From NCBI GenBank assembly GCA_002104945.1, contig MCFH01000055.1, forward strand, positions 310,001 to 374,000: 64,000 nt of DNA. The letters run 5' to 3'. This DNA is from Piromyces finnis finn (Eukaryota > Fungi > Neocallimastigomycota). Below, one piece after another: positions 1-16,510 of the stretch (position 1 is the stretch's first letter; each line of letters starts with the position of its first letter). The translations under genes were made by a program, and so were the position numbers. The notes below the pieces were generated by a model. It was not told the DNA's origin. It did no database searches and saw only the letters and a list, made by a program, of their open reading frames with translations.

Positions 1-3000
1 CTTTCTTTTTCATCAGAAATATTTTTAAATTTGGACTTTTCTTCAGGAATATTGATATTTTCTTTATTCAAATTTCTTCTTATTTCATTCTCATTAATAG
101 GTATGTAATTTTTCTTATAATATTCTTCATTCTTATAATTTACTTTTACATTTGAATAATTATTTTCTATTTCTTTTCTATTATTTTTATTTATATTATT
201 TTTGACACTCTCAATATTTTCAAAATCAATTTTCTTTCTTGTTCCTAAATCAATGTCAGGACTCAGGATATTTAAAAAATCATTATTGTCAATTTCTCCA
301 GTTAAATCATTTATCTCCATTTCTGATGGTGTTTTTAATACTTCTTCAATTAATTCATTTTTATTTACAATGTCTGAATTTTCTTCTATAAAATAAACAT
401 TTCCTTTTGCATTCAGGTATTTATTATTCCTTTTATTATCCTTTGATATATTTGAATTGTCTTTACTGTTTATATTTTTATTTTTCTTGTCGTCATTTCT
501 CTTTATATTCACTTCTTTAATTTCACAAATTTCAGTTTCGTCAGCACTATTATATTTTAAATTATTATATTTTAAATTATTTTCTTCCAAGGTAAAGTTA
601 TTTATATTGCCGTCGTTACTTCCTGAAATGTCATTATTGTTTTCTTTTTCTTTATTGGTTTCACTTACAGATTCCATTGAAGTACTTATTTTAATTTCTT
701 TATTTTCTTCCATTTCTTCAATTTTCTGGTAATTATTTTTGTTCAAACGTTCTTTTTTCTTTTCTTTTAGTTTAATATAGTCTAAGAGATTTAAGTCTTC
801 TTCTTCTGAGTCTTCTATACTCATATTACTATCATTAGTGTCCTCGCAGACTTGCATAAAACTTTCAGAACTATTATTTTTTTCTTTATTTAATAGTGAC
901 GTGAGCTTATCCAGCTTTTCTTCTATATTTCTAAATTTTTCTTCATAATTTACTTCTTTTAAGTCTTCTTTATTACTAGTTTTATCATTGAGTGTTTCTA
1001 GGTTTTCATTCATTAATTTATCATTTTCATTTGAAATGTCCTTTTCTTTTTTGTCTTTATTGTTATTGTTTTCATTTTCTTTATCATACATATAATTAAA
1101 GTTCCTTACTTGAAAAGTTTCTGTATCTTGACTATATGTTTCATTATTATTTTCTTTTTCTAAATTATAATTGTAGTCACCAGGTTCTTCTTCTAAAAAA
1201 CCTACGACTCTTTTCACTTTAATTTTCCTTGATTTTATGTCGAATATTCTGTATCCTACTGAAGATTCATCATATCCGATAAAGATTCCCTCCTTAGTTT
1301 TGTCTTGAAATTTTGGAATGTTACTGTCATCTAAATAATACACTTTACATCCAAATACTCTTAAATTTTTATAATCAACTTTTCTGTTGTACATTAATTC
1401 AAATGGTATTTCACCATTAATTCCACTGTGCGGAACTCGATTATGAACATAGTTCGCTGTTTTCACAGCATCTTCCCAAAAGCGACGACATAACCTTGCG
1501 TCCATTAACATTGCAGTAGCAGTTTTTATTAACTTTCCATTGAATCTTTCTGCTCTTCCATTCTGCTCCGGATTTCCAGGGACGGTGAATTGTTGAGTTA
1601 TTCCATATTCGTTACATAACTCCTTGAAGTTATTAGAAGTGAATTCAGTTCCATTATCGCTTCTAAGATATTTTACTTTGGATGATAATTCATTAGTAGT
1701 TTTATTCAGCCAATTTCCAAATTCTTTGAAAACATCACTTTTATTCTTGACAAATATTACCCATCCATATCGACTGTAATCATCTAAGATACTTAAAAAG
1801 TATACGTTGTCATGAATTGATGGTGTGATTGGACCTACCAAATCGATGTGTACTAGTTCCAAAACACTTGATGCTCTACTATCTGACCTTTTATGAGGGA
1901 TTTCTTTCATTTTGCTTCTCATGCATATTGTACAATTGTGAATATTGTTCTTTTCATCATTATTGTTGAAATTCAGATGCCCTATTCTTCTATGCCAGTA
2001 TTCACCATTGTTTCGTACATTATCGCACATTGAGTAATTATTAACTACATTACCTTCTTTGATGTACAAATTGAATACATCATATTCATTTGCTTTAACT
2101 TCGTATACATTATCTGTTTTCTTATCTTTTATATATGCAAATACATTATTGTTCTTCTCATCAAAGATTATTTGGTAGCCACTTTTAACTAACTTGGCAA
2201 CAGAAATTAAATTTCGTTTTACATCTGGGATGTACATTACATCTTCTAATTTTATTGGTTCTTCATTAATAGATCCATTTACTTCACCCATATGTGTTGA
2301 CTTTGTAGTCGCTCCATTTGCATAATTGATTGGTTCTACATGTTCAAAAACATTTTTGAGAATTCCTATATCTTTGGTAATATGATTAGAAGCACCAGAA
2401 TCTAAAGTCCATGTAGTAAAACTTGTAGGTACATTTTCACAAGATACGTAATTGCATGATTTATTATTACATTCATCATTGTTATTGTCAAATAATGCAT
2501 TGTAATCAACTGTAAACAAATCTTGATATCCAACTTCTGGTTCAAAGTCTTCAGTGGTTTGTTTATTTACTATTTCACCTGTTGCTAAAAATGCTTCCTT
2601 GCCTTTATTTTTCTCTTTTCTTAGCCTTCTTGTAACTTCTTCTGAAAGTTCTTTTTGAATACGACATTGTTTTACAGTATGTCCTTTTTGATGACAAAAA
2701 TAACATGTAATGTTTTGTTTATTTTTGTTATTCCAATTTCTTTCTTCATTGGACTTTTCTTTTCCTTTATTTGTATTTTTATTATGATTATTACTTTGTT
2801 TGTTGCGGTAGTATTTAGTACTTTCCTTTCTTTTATCACCTTTGTAACTACCTTCAACACTAAAGATATGTCTAATTCCGAAGGTTTCAGATTTCTCTTT
2901 CGGATCAAATTTGTTCATCTTATCTATCATTCTTGCTGTGTCCTTTTTGCATTCTTCCCAGTCTTCATGCTTAAGGACTGTGACTTTCCTATATTTTTCT

Positions 3001-3587
3001 GGTAAGGCTTGATACAGTAAACCAATTTTTTCTTCATCATCTATTTTCACATTTAGTTGTTCTAACTTATTAAAGTTGGAATTTAACTTATTTACAAATC
3101 TTGAGAAACTTTCTTTCGGGTCGTATTTTAAGGAGTTTGTTTCCTTAATAAGCCTATTCTTTCTTTCTATTTTATCCCCTAAATAAATGTCTTCTAATAG
3201 TTTCCACATTTCGTAGCTTGTTAAAGACCTATCTTGGATATCTTGTTGGCAGTTTGGGCCTAAAGTATACCTAATTAAAAATTGGATATTCCTATCTGTT
3301 TTTAAGTCATCTTCGGTTACGTTCTTATCATAGTAGGTATTGATTTCAAAAGGTGCCTTTAGATATTCTTCTCCGTCGATATCCATTCCTTCGTCACTTT
3401 TGATCTTTGGGGTTTTGTTTTCATCAACCCAATCTTCAAGACCATAATAATTTAAAATATTCCTCATAAACATTTGCCACGTTATGAAATTTTTATTGTT
3501 CAATTCATAAGTGACCTTTCCTAGCATAACGGTAGGATCGAATATAGGAATTGATCCAGTATCTCCGTTAGATTTTCTTTTTGACAT
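1..3587 (-). CDS. copia Gag-Pol polyprotein, partial (open to the window edge)
   Basis: ATG at 3587 (MSKRKSNGDTGSIPIFDP...LNNKNFITW). Gag motif LLYQALPEKY ~3000; zinc knuckle CYFCHQKGHTVKQC ~2665-2705; protease WTLDSGASNH ~2385-2412; pre-integrase WHRRIGHLN ~1970-1998; integrase LVHIDLVGP, LRSDNGTEF, PEQNGRAER, FWEDAVKTANYVHNR, VFGC, GIFIGY. Spot-checked motifs share one frame. The ORF is absent from the track, consistent with no stop codon before the edge. Confidence 0.93.
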   Translation of the reverse strand, partial: MSKRKSNGDTGSIPIFDPTVMLGKVTYELNNKNFITWQMFMRNILNYYGLEDWVDENKTPKIKSDEGMDIDGEEYLKAPFEINTYYDKNVTEDDLKTDRNIQFLIRYTLGPNCQQDIQDRSLTSYEMWKLLEDIYLGDKIERKNRLIKETNSLKYDPKESFSRFVNKLNSNFNKLEQLNVKIDDEEKIGLLYQALPEKYRKVTVLKHEDWEECKKDTARMIDKMNKFDPKEKSETFGIRHIFSVEGSYKGDKRKESTKYYRNKQSNNHNKNTNKGKEKSNEERNWNNKNKQNITCYFCHQKGHTVKQCRIQKELSEEVTRRLRKEKNKGKEAFLATGEIVNKQTTEDFEPEVGYQDLFTVDYNALFDNNNDECNNKSCNYVSCENVPTSFTTWTLDSGASNHITKDIGILKNVFEHVEPINYANGATTKSTHMGEVNGSINEEPIKLEDVMYIPDVKRNLISVAKLVKSGYQIIFDEKNNNVFAYIKDKKTDNVYEVKANEYDVFNLYIKEGNVVNNYSMCDNVRNNGEYWHRRIGHLNFNNNDEKNNIHNCTICMRSKMKEIPHKRSDSRASSVLELVHIDLVGPITPSIHDNVYFLSILDDYSRYGWVIFVKNKSDVFKEFGNWLNKTTNELSSKVKYLRSDNGTEFTSNNFKELCNEYGITQQFTVPGNPEQNGRAERFNGKLIKTATAMLMDARLCRRFWEDAVKTANYVHNRVPHSGINGEIPFELMYNRKVDYKNLRVFGCKVYYLDDSNIPKFQDKTKEGIFIGYDESSVGYRIFDIKSRKIKVKRVVGFLEEEPGDYNYNLEKENNNETYSQDTETFQVRNFNYMYDKENENNNNKDKKEKDISNENDKLMNENLETLNDKTSNKEDLKEVNYEEKFRNIEEKLDKLTSLLNKEKNNSSESFMQVCEDTNDSNMSIEDSEEEDLNLLDYIKLKEKKKERLNKNNYQKIEEMEENKEIKISTSMESVSETNKEKENNNDISGSNDGNINNFTLEENNLKYNNLKYNSADETEICEIKEVNIKRNDDKKNKNINSKDNSNISKDNKRNNKYLNAKGNVYFIEENSDIVNKNELIEEVLKTPSEMEINDLTGEIDNNDFLNILSPDIDLGTRKKIDFENIESVKNNINKNNRKEIENNYSNVKVNYKNEEYYKKNYIPINENEIRRNLNKENINIPEEKSKFKNISDEKE

Positions 3588-3613
3588 ATTAAAAAAAAAC
3601 TTACTTAAATATA

Positions 3614-3635
3614 AGAGCAATTGAGACTCTTAATC
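3614..3635 (-). other. Primer-binding site complementary to the anticodon arm of tRNA-Lys(CUU)
   Basis: The minus strand reads ...TCTGACA|GATTAAGAGTCTCAATTGCTCT. The plus strand TGAGACTCTTAATC (3622-3635) equals eukaryotic tRNA-Lys(CUU) positions ~27-40, and AGAGC (3614-3618) matches the 3' D-stem. Confidence 0.8.
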
Positions 3636-3870
3636 TGTCAGATAAATTTAGTTTACACTTAAATTTATTTATAAAACTATTTGGGTTTTTATAATCTTTT
3701 ATTTATTTATATTTATTTTATAATATAAATATTGTAACTTTCTTAAAATCTTTTTATTAAAAAATAACCAAAGAATAAAAATGTAGTACAATATTAATTT
3801 ATAATTTTATAAAATACAAATACATAAAAAATACATAAAATATTATTTTGGAATGTATTTTATTTTCACA
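3636..3870 (-). repeat. Putative 5' LTR (inner end at 3636 supported; outer end unresolved)
   Basis: Ends in ...TGACA directly before the PBS on the minus strand. There is no partner LTR in the window to define its length. Confidence 0.4.
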
Positions 3871-3912
3871 ATTTTTGAATAATATGTATTATTATTTAAT
3901 GTATATTATTAT

Positions 3913-3919
3913 CCAATCA
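3913..3919 (+). promoter_or_regulatory. CCAAT box (CCAATCA) upstream of ADE2
   Basis: Exact CCAATCA 190 bp before the ADE2 ATG; the same heptamer recurs before other housekeeping genes in the window. Confidence 0.5.
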
Positions 3920-4102
3920 ATAATCAAATCAAGATACATTTTGTTTAAAAATTATAATTAAATTAAATACAAAAAAAAAATATCATTATTCTTTACTTTA
4001 AAAAAAAAAAAAGAGTATCATTACTAAATTATTATTTTAAAAATAAATTGATAAATTTATATTTTTTCTTTTTTTCAATTTTTTAAATAATAATAAATAA
4101 AC

Positions 4103-6238
4103 ATGGATAAGAAGGTTATTGGTATGAATAATTTATTTTATATTTTTATTTAATTTTCTAAAAAAGAATAAAATAAATGAAAATTAAATATCAACATATC
4201 AATATGAATACTTAATCAAGGAATAAAAAAAAATATGAACTTATATATTAATTATTTTAAATATAAATAGGAGTTCTTGGTGGCGGTCAATTAGGTCGTA
4301 TGATGATGGAACCAGCCAACAATTTAAATTTAAAGGTTTGCATTCTTGATGCTAATGATGCCCCAGCTACTCAAGTTCAAGTTTCCGACCACGTTGATGG
4401 TGATTTCAAAGATGAAGCTAAGATTCAAGAATTAGCCAAGAAATGTGATGTTTTAACTATGGAAATCGAACATGTTAACTGTGATGCTCTTGAACGTATT
4501 GCTAAGGAAAATCCAAATATCGATATTCAACCAACTCCACAAACCGTTAGAATCATTCAAGATAAATTCCTTCAAAAGGAACACCTTAAACAATTCAATA
4601 TTCCACTTCCAGAATATGCTAGTGTTACTGATAAGCAATCAATTTTAGATATTGCCAACAATCAAGGCTTTGGTTTCCCAATTATGTTAAAATCCAGAAA
4701 GTTAGCTTATGATGGTAGAGGTAATGCTGTTATTAATAACGAAAATGAAATTGATGATGCTATTAAGGCCTTAAACCCATCAGGTGCAAATGATGCTTTA
4801 TATGTTGAAAAGTGGGTTCCATATGCTAAGGAATTAGCTGTTATGGTTGCTCGTAGTAAATCTGGTAACACTGTTTCTTACGAAGCTGTTGAAACTATTC
4901 AAAAAGACAATATTTGTCATATCGTATTCGCTCCAGCCCAAATTGATGGTTTAATTCAAAAGAATGCAAAGGCTATTGCTGAAAAGGCTATTGCTTGCTT
5001 ATATGGCGCTGGTATTTTTGGTGTTGAAATGTTCTATCTTGAAAATGGTAATATAAATTATATATATATATATAACTTATTATTTAAATATTTATATTAT
5101 AAAAACTAAAATAAAATAAAACATCTGTTTATTAGAAATTATGAATTAATTTTTTTTTTATATATTATTATATATTAATAATTATTTTAAAATAAAAAAA
5201 GGTGAAATTCTCGTTAACGAAATTGCTCCACGTCCACATAATTCTGGTCATTACACTATTGAATCTTGTGAAACTTCACAATTTGAACAACATATTCGTG
5301 CTATTTTAGATATGCCATTAGGTTCTACTAAGATGAGAGTCGGTGCCGCTGCTATGGTTAACATTCTCGGTACTGGAAATGGTGAAGAAGGTTTAGCTGA
5401 TACTCTTCGTCCTTGCCAAGCTTCTATGACTATTCCTGGTGCTACTGTTCATTTATACGGTAAACGTGAATGCCGTAAAGGTAGAAAGATGGGTCACATC
5501 ACTGTAACCGCCGATACCATGCCAGAAGTTGTTGAAAAGGTTGAAAAACTTTTAGAACATATGCCAAATGGTAAGAAATATAACTTCAGCATTTCACCAA
5601 TGGTTGCTATTATTATGGGTAGTGATTCCGATTTACCAACTATGAAGCCATGTGCTCAAATCTTAAAGGACTTTGATGTTCCATTTGAACTTTCTATTGT
5701 TTCTGCTCACCGTACCCCAGAAAGAATGGTTGAATATGCAAAGAATGCTCATAAGAGAGGTATTAAGTTAATTATTGCTGCCGCTGGTGGTGCTGCTCAC
5801 CTTCCAGGTATGGTTGCTGCTATTACTCCACTTCCAGTTATTGGTTGTCCAGTTGCCTTAAGAGTTCTTGATGGTGTTGATTCTTTATACTCTATTGTTC
5901 AAATGCCAGTAAGTATAATAACATTTATTTTTAATAGTTTTATGATTAGAAAGCTATTTTTTTTTTTATTAATAAAAATAAAATTTAACTAATGATGATA
6001 ACTTCTTAAAAAATTATTTTATTTATACTCTATATAAATTATATAGCGTGGTGTCCCAGTTGCTACTGTTGCTATCAATAACTCCACCAATGCTGCTTTA
6101 TTAGCTGTTCGTATTCTTGGTTCTTCTATTCCAAAATACTTAGATAAAATGGTTAAATACCAAACTAATATGAATGAAGAAGTTTTAGTTAAAGTTGATA
6201 AATTAGAAAAGGTCGGATGGGAAAACTACCAAAAGTAA
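4103..6238 (+). CDS. ADE2: Phosphoribosylaminoimidazole carboxylase (PurK-PurE fusion), 4 exons
   Basis: Exons ~4103-4121, 4271-5047, 5202-5908, 6047-6238, all GT-AG. Motifs [67 protein letters not shown]. Confidence 0.97.
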
Positions 6239-6742
6239 ATTGAGTAATTTCTTATTTCTTTTCAATAGCATTAAACTAATAACAATAAATAAAGCAGTTG
6301 ATTAAAAATAATAATGAACTTCAACTTCCCAAAAAAAAAAAAAAAAAAAAAAACAATACTTATATTGTTGCATAAAAAATCTATTATTAAAATGAAATAA
6401 ATCGCTAATAAGTATTTATAAAAAAAAATAATAACAATAATACTAATTTAAATTATAGATAACTGTATTCATTATATTTTTAAAAATAAAAAATAATAAA
6501 AAAAATATTAATAATAAAATATATATATATACATTTAAATATATGTAAATATAAGTATTTTATAATAAATAGTTTAATTATAATAAAAATGACCTTTTAT
6601 TTATTCTATTATATTTATAAGTATTTGAATTTATTTAATTTGTAAAAATGGTTTTTAATTTCTATTTTTAAGCATTTATTTACATTCAAATGTCATTACA
6701 AAAATTATTTAGCAAATTATATTTAAATCAAAATTTATTCAT

Positions 6743-10397
<3,655 letters not shown>

Positions 10398-10671
10398 ATT
10401 AGTTTAATATTGATCTGAATATAATGTATTATCTATAATAAATTCTCTATTCTTTTATCATATTTATATATTAAATTTTATATTATTAAAAATTGATATT
10501 ATAACAAATAATTCTATTATTTAATTAATAATAATTAAAATTTTGTATTTAATTTTTATTCTTAATATTAATTTATGATTTATATACATATTTAGTTATT
10601 CAAAATGTATTTTTTTTTTTATAATTATATATTATATAATATAATATAATATATTTAAATATAAATTACAT

Positions 10672-10678
10672 CCAATCA
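10672..10678 (+). promoter_or_regulatory. CCAAT box in the divergent DHX35/LeuRS promoter
   Basis: CCAATCA within the 420-bp head-to-head interval. Confidence 0.5.
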
Positions 10679-10817
10679 TTTATGTCTATTATTGAAGATT
10701 TAAATTTAATAAAATGTTTTTTTTTTTTTTTGATACTACACTACAATACTGTTATTATTAAATCAACACATAATCTTTTTTTTTCTACTTTATTAATAAT
10801 AAAAGTATAAAAAAAAA

Positions 10818-13800
10818 ATGGCAACTGAAAAAAGAGAACCAAAAGGAGTAAGAGAAAAATAAAAAATAATAATAAAAGGCTTTTATAAAAAAAATAATAA
10901 TGAATTTAATTTTTAAAAATGAATTTATATTTTATTTTATTTTATTTTATTTTACTGTTATGCAATGATTCAATAATAATAAGATAAATTTGGATTTATT
11001 TTTATTTACTAAAAATAAAAATAAAAATATAATTAGTTGAATATAAATATATTAATAGTAAATGTTTATATAAATTAAATGAAATTTAGACAGCTAAAAG
11101 AGATACACTTCGTGATATCGAAGTTGAAATGCAAAAATATTGGTATGAAAACAAGATTTTCGAAGCCAATGCTCCAAAAGAAGGTGAAGAAAAGCAACCA
11201 AAGTTTATGGCAACTTTCCCATTCCCATATATGAATGGTCGTCTTCACTTAGGTCATTCTTTCTCTTTATCTAAGGTTGAATTTGCCATTGGTTATGAAA
11301 GATTAAAGGGTAAACGTACTCTTTTCCCATTTGGTTTCCACTGTACTGGTATGCCAATTAAGGTAATAATATTTATTAAACATTTTCTATTTAATATTTA
11401 ATATTTATTTTTAAGAAAATCAAAATTTGAAAATTTTGAAAGATATAATTATTACAAATAATTAATATAATATAAAATTTTATTAATAAAGGCTTGTGCT
11501 GATAAACTTAAAAATGAAATCGAATTATTCGGTCAAAACTTCGAAAAGTTCTACGGTAAATGTTACATAATTATTTAATATGTTTTTATATTTTTATATT
11601 TTACATTTAAATGTTAATCAAAAAATATATTATAAATAATGATAAAAAAAATAATAAAAAGAACAACAAAAAGAAGAAGCTGAAGAACAAGCTAAAGAAG
11701 AATCTGGTAACAAGCCAAAGGTATGAAATTAAAATAGTAAAAATTTAAATCCATGGAATTTACATTAAAGTTTGTGTATTACATCTATTTTATATATATA
11801 TATATGTATTAATAGCATAGTAAAGTTGCTGCTAAGTCTGGTAGTTACAAATATCAATTCCAAACTATGTTATCCTTAGGTATTCCAATTGAAGAAATTC
11901 ACAAGTTCGCTGATCCAGTTTATTGGTTATACTACTTCCCACCACGCGCTATTGTAAGTTTTTAAATAATAAAATTATATTTTCAATAAAAGTAAAATCT
12001 TATTGAAGAGAAAATTAAATTATATCCTTAAAAAAAATAGGATGATCTTAAAGACTTTGGTGTTAAGGTTGACTGGCGTCGTTCCTTCATCACAACTGAT
12101 GTTAACCCATACTACGATTCCTTTGTCAGATGGCAATTCAATAGACTTAAGAACCACGAAAAGCCAAAGATTAAGTTCGGTGAAAGATACACTATTTACT
12201 CTATAAAGGATGGCCAAGCTTGTATGGATCATGATCGTAGTACTGGTGAAGGTGTTGGTGTTCAAGAATACACTGGTATTAAGCTTGAAATTATTCAAGA
12301 TGAAATTACAAAGCCAGCTAGTGAAAAGGATACTTATGATGGTGTTCCAGTTGGTGATCTTCTTTCTAAGAACATTAATAAATTCGGTGGCCGTAAGCTT
12401 TATATGGTTGCTGCTACTTTAAGACCAGAAACTATGTATGGTCAAACTAACTGTTTCGTTGGTGTTGATATTGAATACGGTGTTTACCAAGTTAACGATA
12501 AGGAATGCTGGATTTGTACTGAACGTGCTGCTAAAAACATGGCTTACCAAGGTTTATTCGAAAAGAGAGGTGAAATTATTAAGTTATTAGACTTAAAGGG
12601 TAGTGACTTAGTTGGTATCCCATTAAAGGCTCCATTAACCTCTTATGAAAAAGTTTACACTTTACCTATGGAAGGTGTCTCTCCAAAGAAGGTAATAAAA
12701 ATTATTGAATACTATATTAATTTTTTTTTAAGTTTATAAAATAAATTCTAATAATATTATAATATTTTAAAAAAAAAATTACTATTATTAAAAATGAAAT
12801 GATTTATAGGGTACTGGTGTTGTTACTTCTGTTCCATCAGATGCTCCAGCTGATTACATTACTTTACAAGACTTAAAGAAAAAGCATGAATACTACAAAA
12901 TTGATCTTAAGTGGGTTGAAGGTTTTGAACCAATTCCAATTATTAAAACTCCAAACTTTGGTGATTTAGCCGCTAAAACTGCTTGTGAAAACTTAAAGAT
13001 TAGAAGTCAAAAAGATAAACAACAATTAGAAACAGCTAAGGAACAAGTTTACAAAGAAGGTTTCTACTCTGGTTCTTTAATTGTTGGTAAATACGCTGGT
13101 AAATCAGTTCAAGAAGCTAAAAATATTATTAAAAAGGAAATGGTTGAAGAAGGTTTAGCTATTACCTACTGTGAACCAGAAGGTCTCGTCATCAGTCGTA
13201 GTGGTGATGAATGTATTGTTAGTTTAATGGACCAATGGTTCTTAGATTATGGAGAAGCAACCTGGAAGTCTCAAGCTGAAAAGTGTTTAGCTCAAATGAA
13301 TACTTTCAGTGAAGAAACTAGAAATGCTTTCCAAAAGACTCTTGACTGGCTCAACCAATGGGCTTGTTCAAGAAGCTTTGGTTTAGGTTCTCGTTTACCA
13401 TGGGATCCACAATATTTAATTGAAAGTTTAAGTGATTCTACCATTTACATGGCTTATTACACTGTTGCTCATATGCTTCAACATGGAGCTCTTGATGGCT
13501 CTAAGGTTGGTCTTGCTGGAATTAAGGCTGAAGAACTTACTGAATCAGTTTGGGATTACATATTTATGGATGATGCTCCATTCCCAGAAACTTCTATCCC
13601 AAAGGAAAAATTAGATTCTATTCGTCGTGAATTCCAATACTTCTATCCATTAGATTTACGTTGTTCCGGTAAGGATTTGGTTACCAATCACTTAACTTTC
13701 TTCATTTACAACCACGTTGCTTTATTCCCAGAAAAATACTGGCCAAAGGGTGTCCGTTCTAATGGTCACTTACTTCTTAACTCTGAAAAGATGTCTAAGA

Positions 13801-14846
13801 GTACTGGTAACTTCATTACTCTTAGTCAAGCTATTCAAAAATTCGGTGCTGATGCTACTCGTATTGCCCTTGCTGATGCTGGTGACACTATGGATGATGC
13901 TAACTTCGTTGAAGATAATGCCAATGCCGCCATTCTTCGTCTTTACACTCAAAAAGAATGGATGGAAGAAGTTATTAAGGGTATTGAAGAAGGTAAATTC
14001 CGTGAAGGTGAATACAACTTCAATGATCATGTATTCGAAAACGAAATCAATAAATTCATCCTCGCAGCCGATTCAGCTTACTCTAATATGTACTATCGTG
14101 ATGCCTTAAAGTACAGTTTCTTCGAATTACAAAGTTCTCGTGACCGTTACCGTGATGCTTGTGCTGATGAAAATATGCACAAGGATCTCCTTATGCGCTT
14201 TATTGAAGTTCAAGCTCTTTTATTAGAACCAATTGCTACTCACTTTGCTGAATACATTTGGAGAGTTCTTCTTAAGAAGGAAGGTACTATTACTACCGCT
14301 AAATATCCAGAAATTACTAAGCCAGTTGATGAAGGAGTTTTACATGCTTCAGCTTACATCCGTGATTTAATTCGTGATATTCGTGTTGATGAACAAAATG
14401 CTCAAAAGAAAAAGAAGAAGGGACCAGCTGTTAACTTAACTTCTAAGAATGCTAAATTATTTGTTGCTCTTAAGTACCCAGACTGGCAAGAAGAAAGTGT
14501 TGCCATTCTCAAGGAATGTTGGGATGAAGAATCAAAGTCTTTCACTAAGAACGAAAAGGAAGCTTTAGCTAAAAAGGGATTATTAAAAAACAAAAAGGTT
14601 ATGCCATTCATTGCTGCTTTAAAGAAAAACGTCATCAACAACGGTTCTCATGCCTTTGATCGTAGACTTGACTTTGAAGAAATGGAAGTTTTAGAAGAAA
14701 ATAAAAAGCTTATTCTTCGTTCTCTTAACCTTGAAAATATTACCATTGTTAATAATGGTGAAGTTACTGAAGAAAACTCCACTCAAGACGAAGTTAGAAA
14801 AGCTTCTATGGCTGTTCCAGGAAAACCAATGTTCATTCGTGTTTAA
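10818..14846 (+). CDS. LARS1: Cytosolic leucyl-tRNA synthetase, multi-exon
   Basis: ATG 10818 ([10 protein letters not shown]|TAKRDTL). HIGH-like MNGRLHLGH; [10 protein letters not shown]; editing domain [11 protein letters not shown] and [13 protein letters not shown]; [10 protein letters not shown]; GKDLVTNHL; KMSKS. Confidence 0.98.
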
Positions 14847-15245
14847 ATTCTATAATTAAAAAAAAAAAAAAAAAAGACATAATATTTATAGAAATATAAA
14901 CAATTTTCATTGAATTTAGTTCAAAAAGAAAGAAGAAGAAAAAAAAAGAAAAGAAAAATATTGATTTTTTAATTTATAATAAAAATAATATTAATAAAGC
15001 AATCATAAAAGCATATATACATATAAAACAACATAATCATTATTGTTGTATTTATATATATATATTCAAATTGTATTTTAAAGAAACAACAACAAAAAAA
15101 AATAAAAAAAAATAAATAAATAAATATGCAAGTAAATCAATAAAAAATATATATAATATAAAATAAGTAATAATTATTAAGAATTGTGTGTTAATTCTAA
15201 TGTTAAATAATTTGTTTGTGTTGTAATATTATCTGTATTATATAG

Positions 15246-15282
<37 letters not shown>

Positions 15283-16510
15283 TTATTTATTTTATTAAGA
15301 AATTATTCTTAAATATAATTTTTAATTATAATAATTGAATTTTTACATATTTAAATTTTTTGGTTTATTCTAAATAAACAGTAGTCTGTGCAACTAATAG
15401 AAATTATATTTTTAACTAATAATTAAATAATTAAATTTAATCTTTGAGACTTAGTTTCATTGGAAATCATATACAATTATTATACTGAAGTGTGTTATAG
15501 TAGCCTTCTTACTTTAATTAAAATTACTAGAATATATTTTACTTTTTTTTTTTTTTATTCATTTGTGTTTAATTAAATTTACTTTTAAATACATATGTAT
15601 TATAATTTTAATTAAAATAATAATAATAATAAAGCTTTAAAATGGTTGTAACTATTAATTTTTTTTTGTTTTTTTGATTTTATTAATGTTATTTACGAAG
15701 TCTTATATTTCATACATAAAGGTTTTTACAGCTTTTTTATAGGTTCAATAAAACACTTTACGTACTAAATATATATATTCCATACAAAAAAATCGGATGG
15801 TTAAAAATTCAACAAATAATAAAACCGTTAAGGTTTTATTTTATTTATTTTTATTTTTATATATTTGTTATTTTTATTTATTAACATTTATTATCTAATG
15901 CAATGTAATATTAAAATATAAATCAAATTAATTCAAAAGATATATTTAAACCTTCCATAAATAAATAATAATAATACTAATCAAGTATTTTATAAATTTA
16001 TTCAATTATTTGTAATCATTTTTATTATATTACAATAAATATTTTGTAAATTTTATCATTTATAGAGTTTAAATTGTATTAATTATTATTTAATGTTAAT
16101 TTCATAATATATTTTAAAATAAACCAAATGAATAATTATTTTATTATAATAATTGTAATAATTGAGTAAAAATGAGAAATATGAGAAAAAAAAAAAATTA
16201 TTAAAATATAATCTAACCATCAAAATATTATTACCTAACCTTTCAAAAATAAAGTATATAATGTGGAATAAGTTACACAAACTAATGAATGAAATTTTTA
16301 ACTTAATTTTTAAAAAAAGGATAAATAAATATTTATTAATTATTTTTAAATATAATATTAATATATTTTTTAAATATATTAATTATATTGTGTAATAATC
16401 TTTAATCTCTTTTTATAAAATATTTAAAATCTTTAATTCAAAATTGAGTATATTTATTTATTTTATATTTTTATTTGTAAAATTTTAATAATAAAAATAA
16501 AAATTACGAA

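Larger units (their letters stand above)
1..3870 (-). mobile_element. Ty1/copia LTR retrotransposon, 5' portion (RT/RNase H and 3' LTR lie left of the window; outer LTR boundary approximate)
   Basis: Gag-protease-integrase order in one minus-strand frame, plus a PBS abutting a TG..CA LTR end at 3636. The right boundary is a guess because the second LTR is not in the window. Confidence 0.93.

Noticed and set aside
202-3005. Short hydrophobic plus-strand ORFs (202-396, 457-732, 2655-3005) and minus ORF 2672-2908
   Set aside because: They are antisense or off-frame shadows of the K/E/N-rich copia polyprotein.
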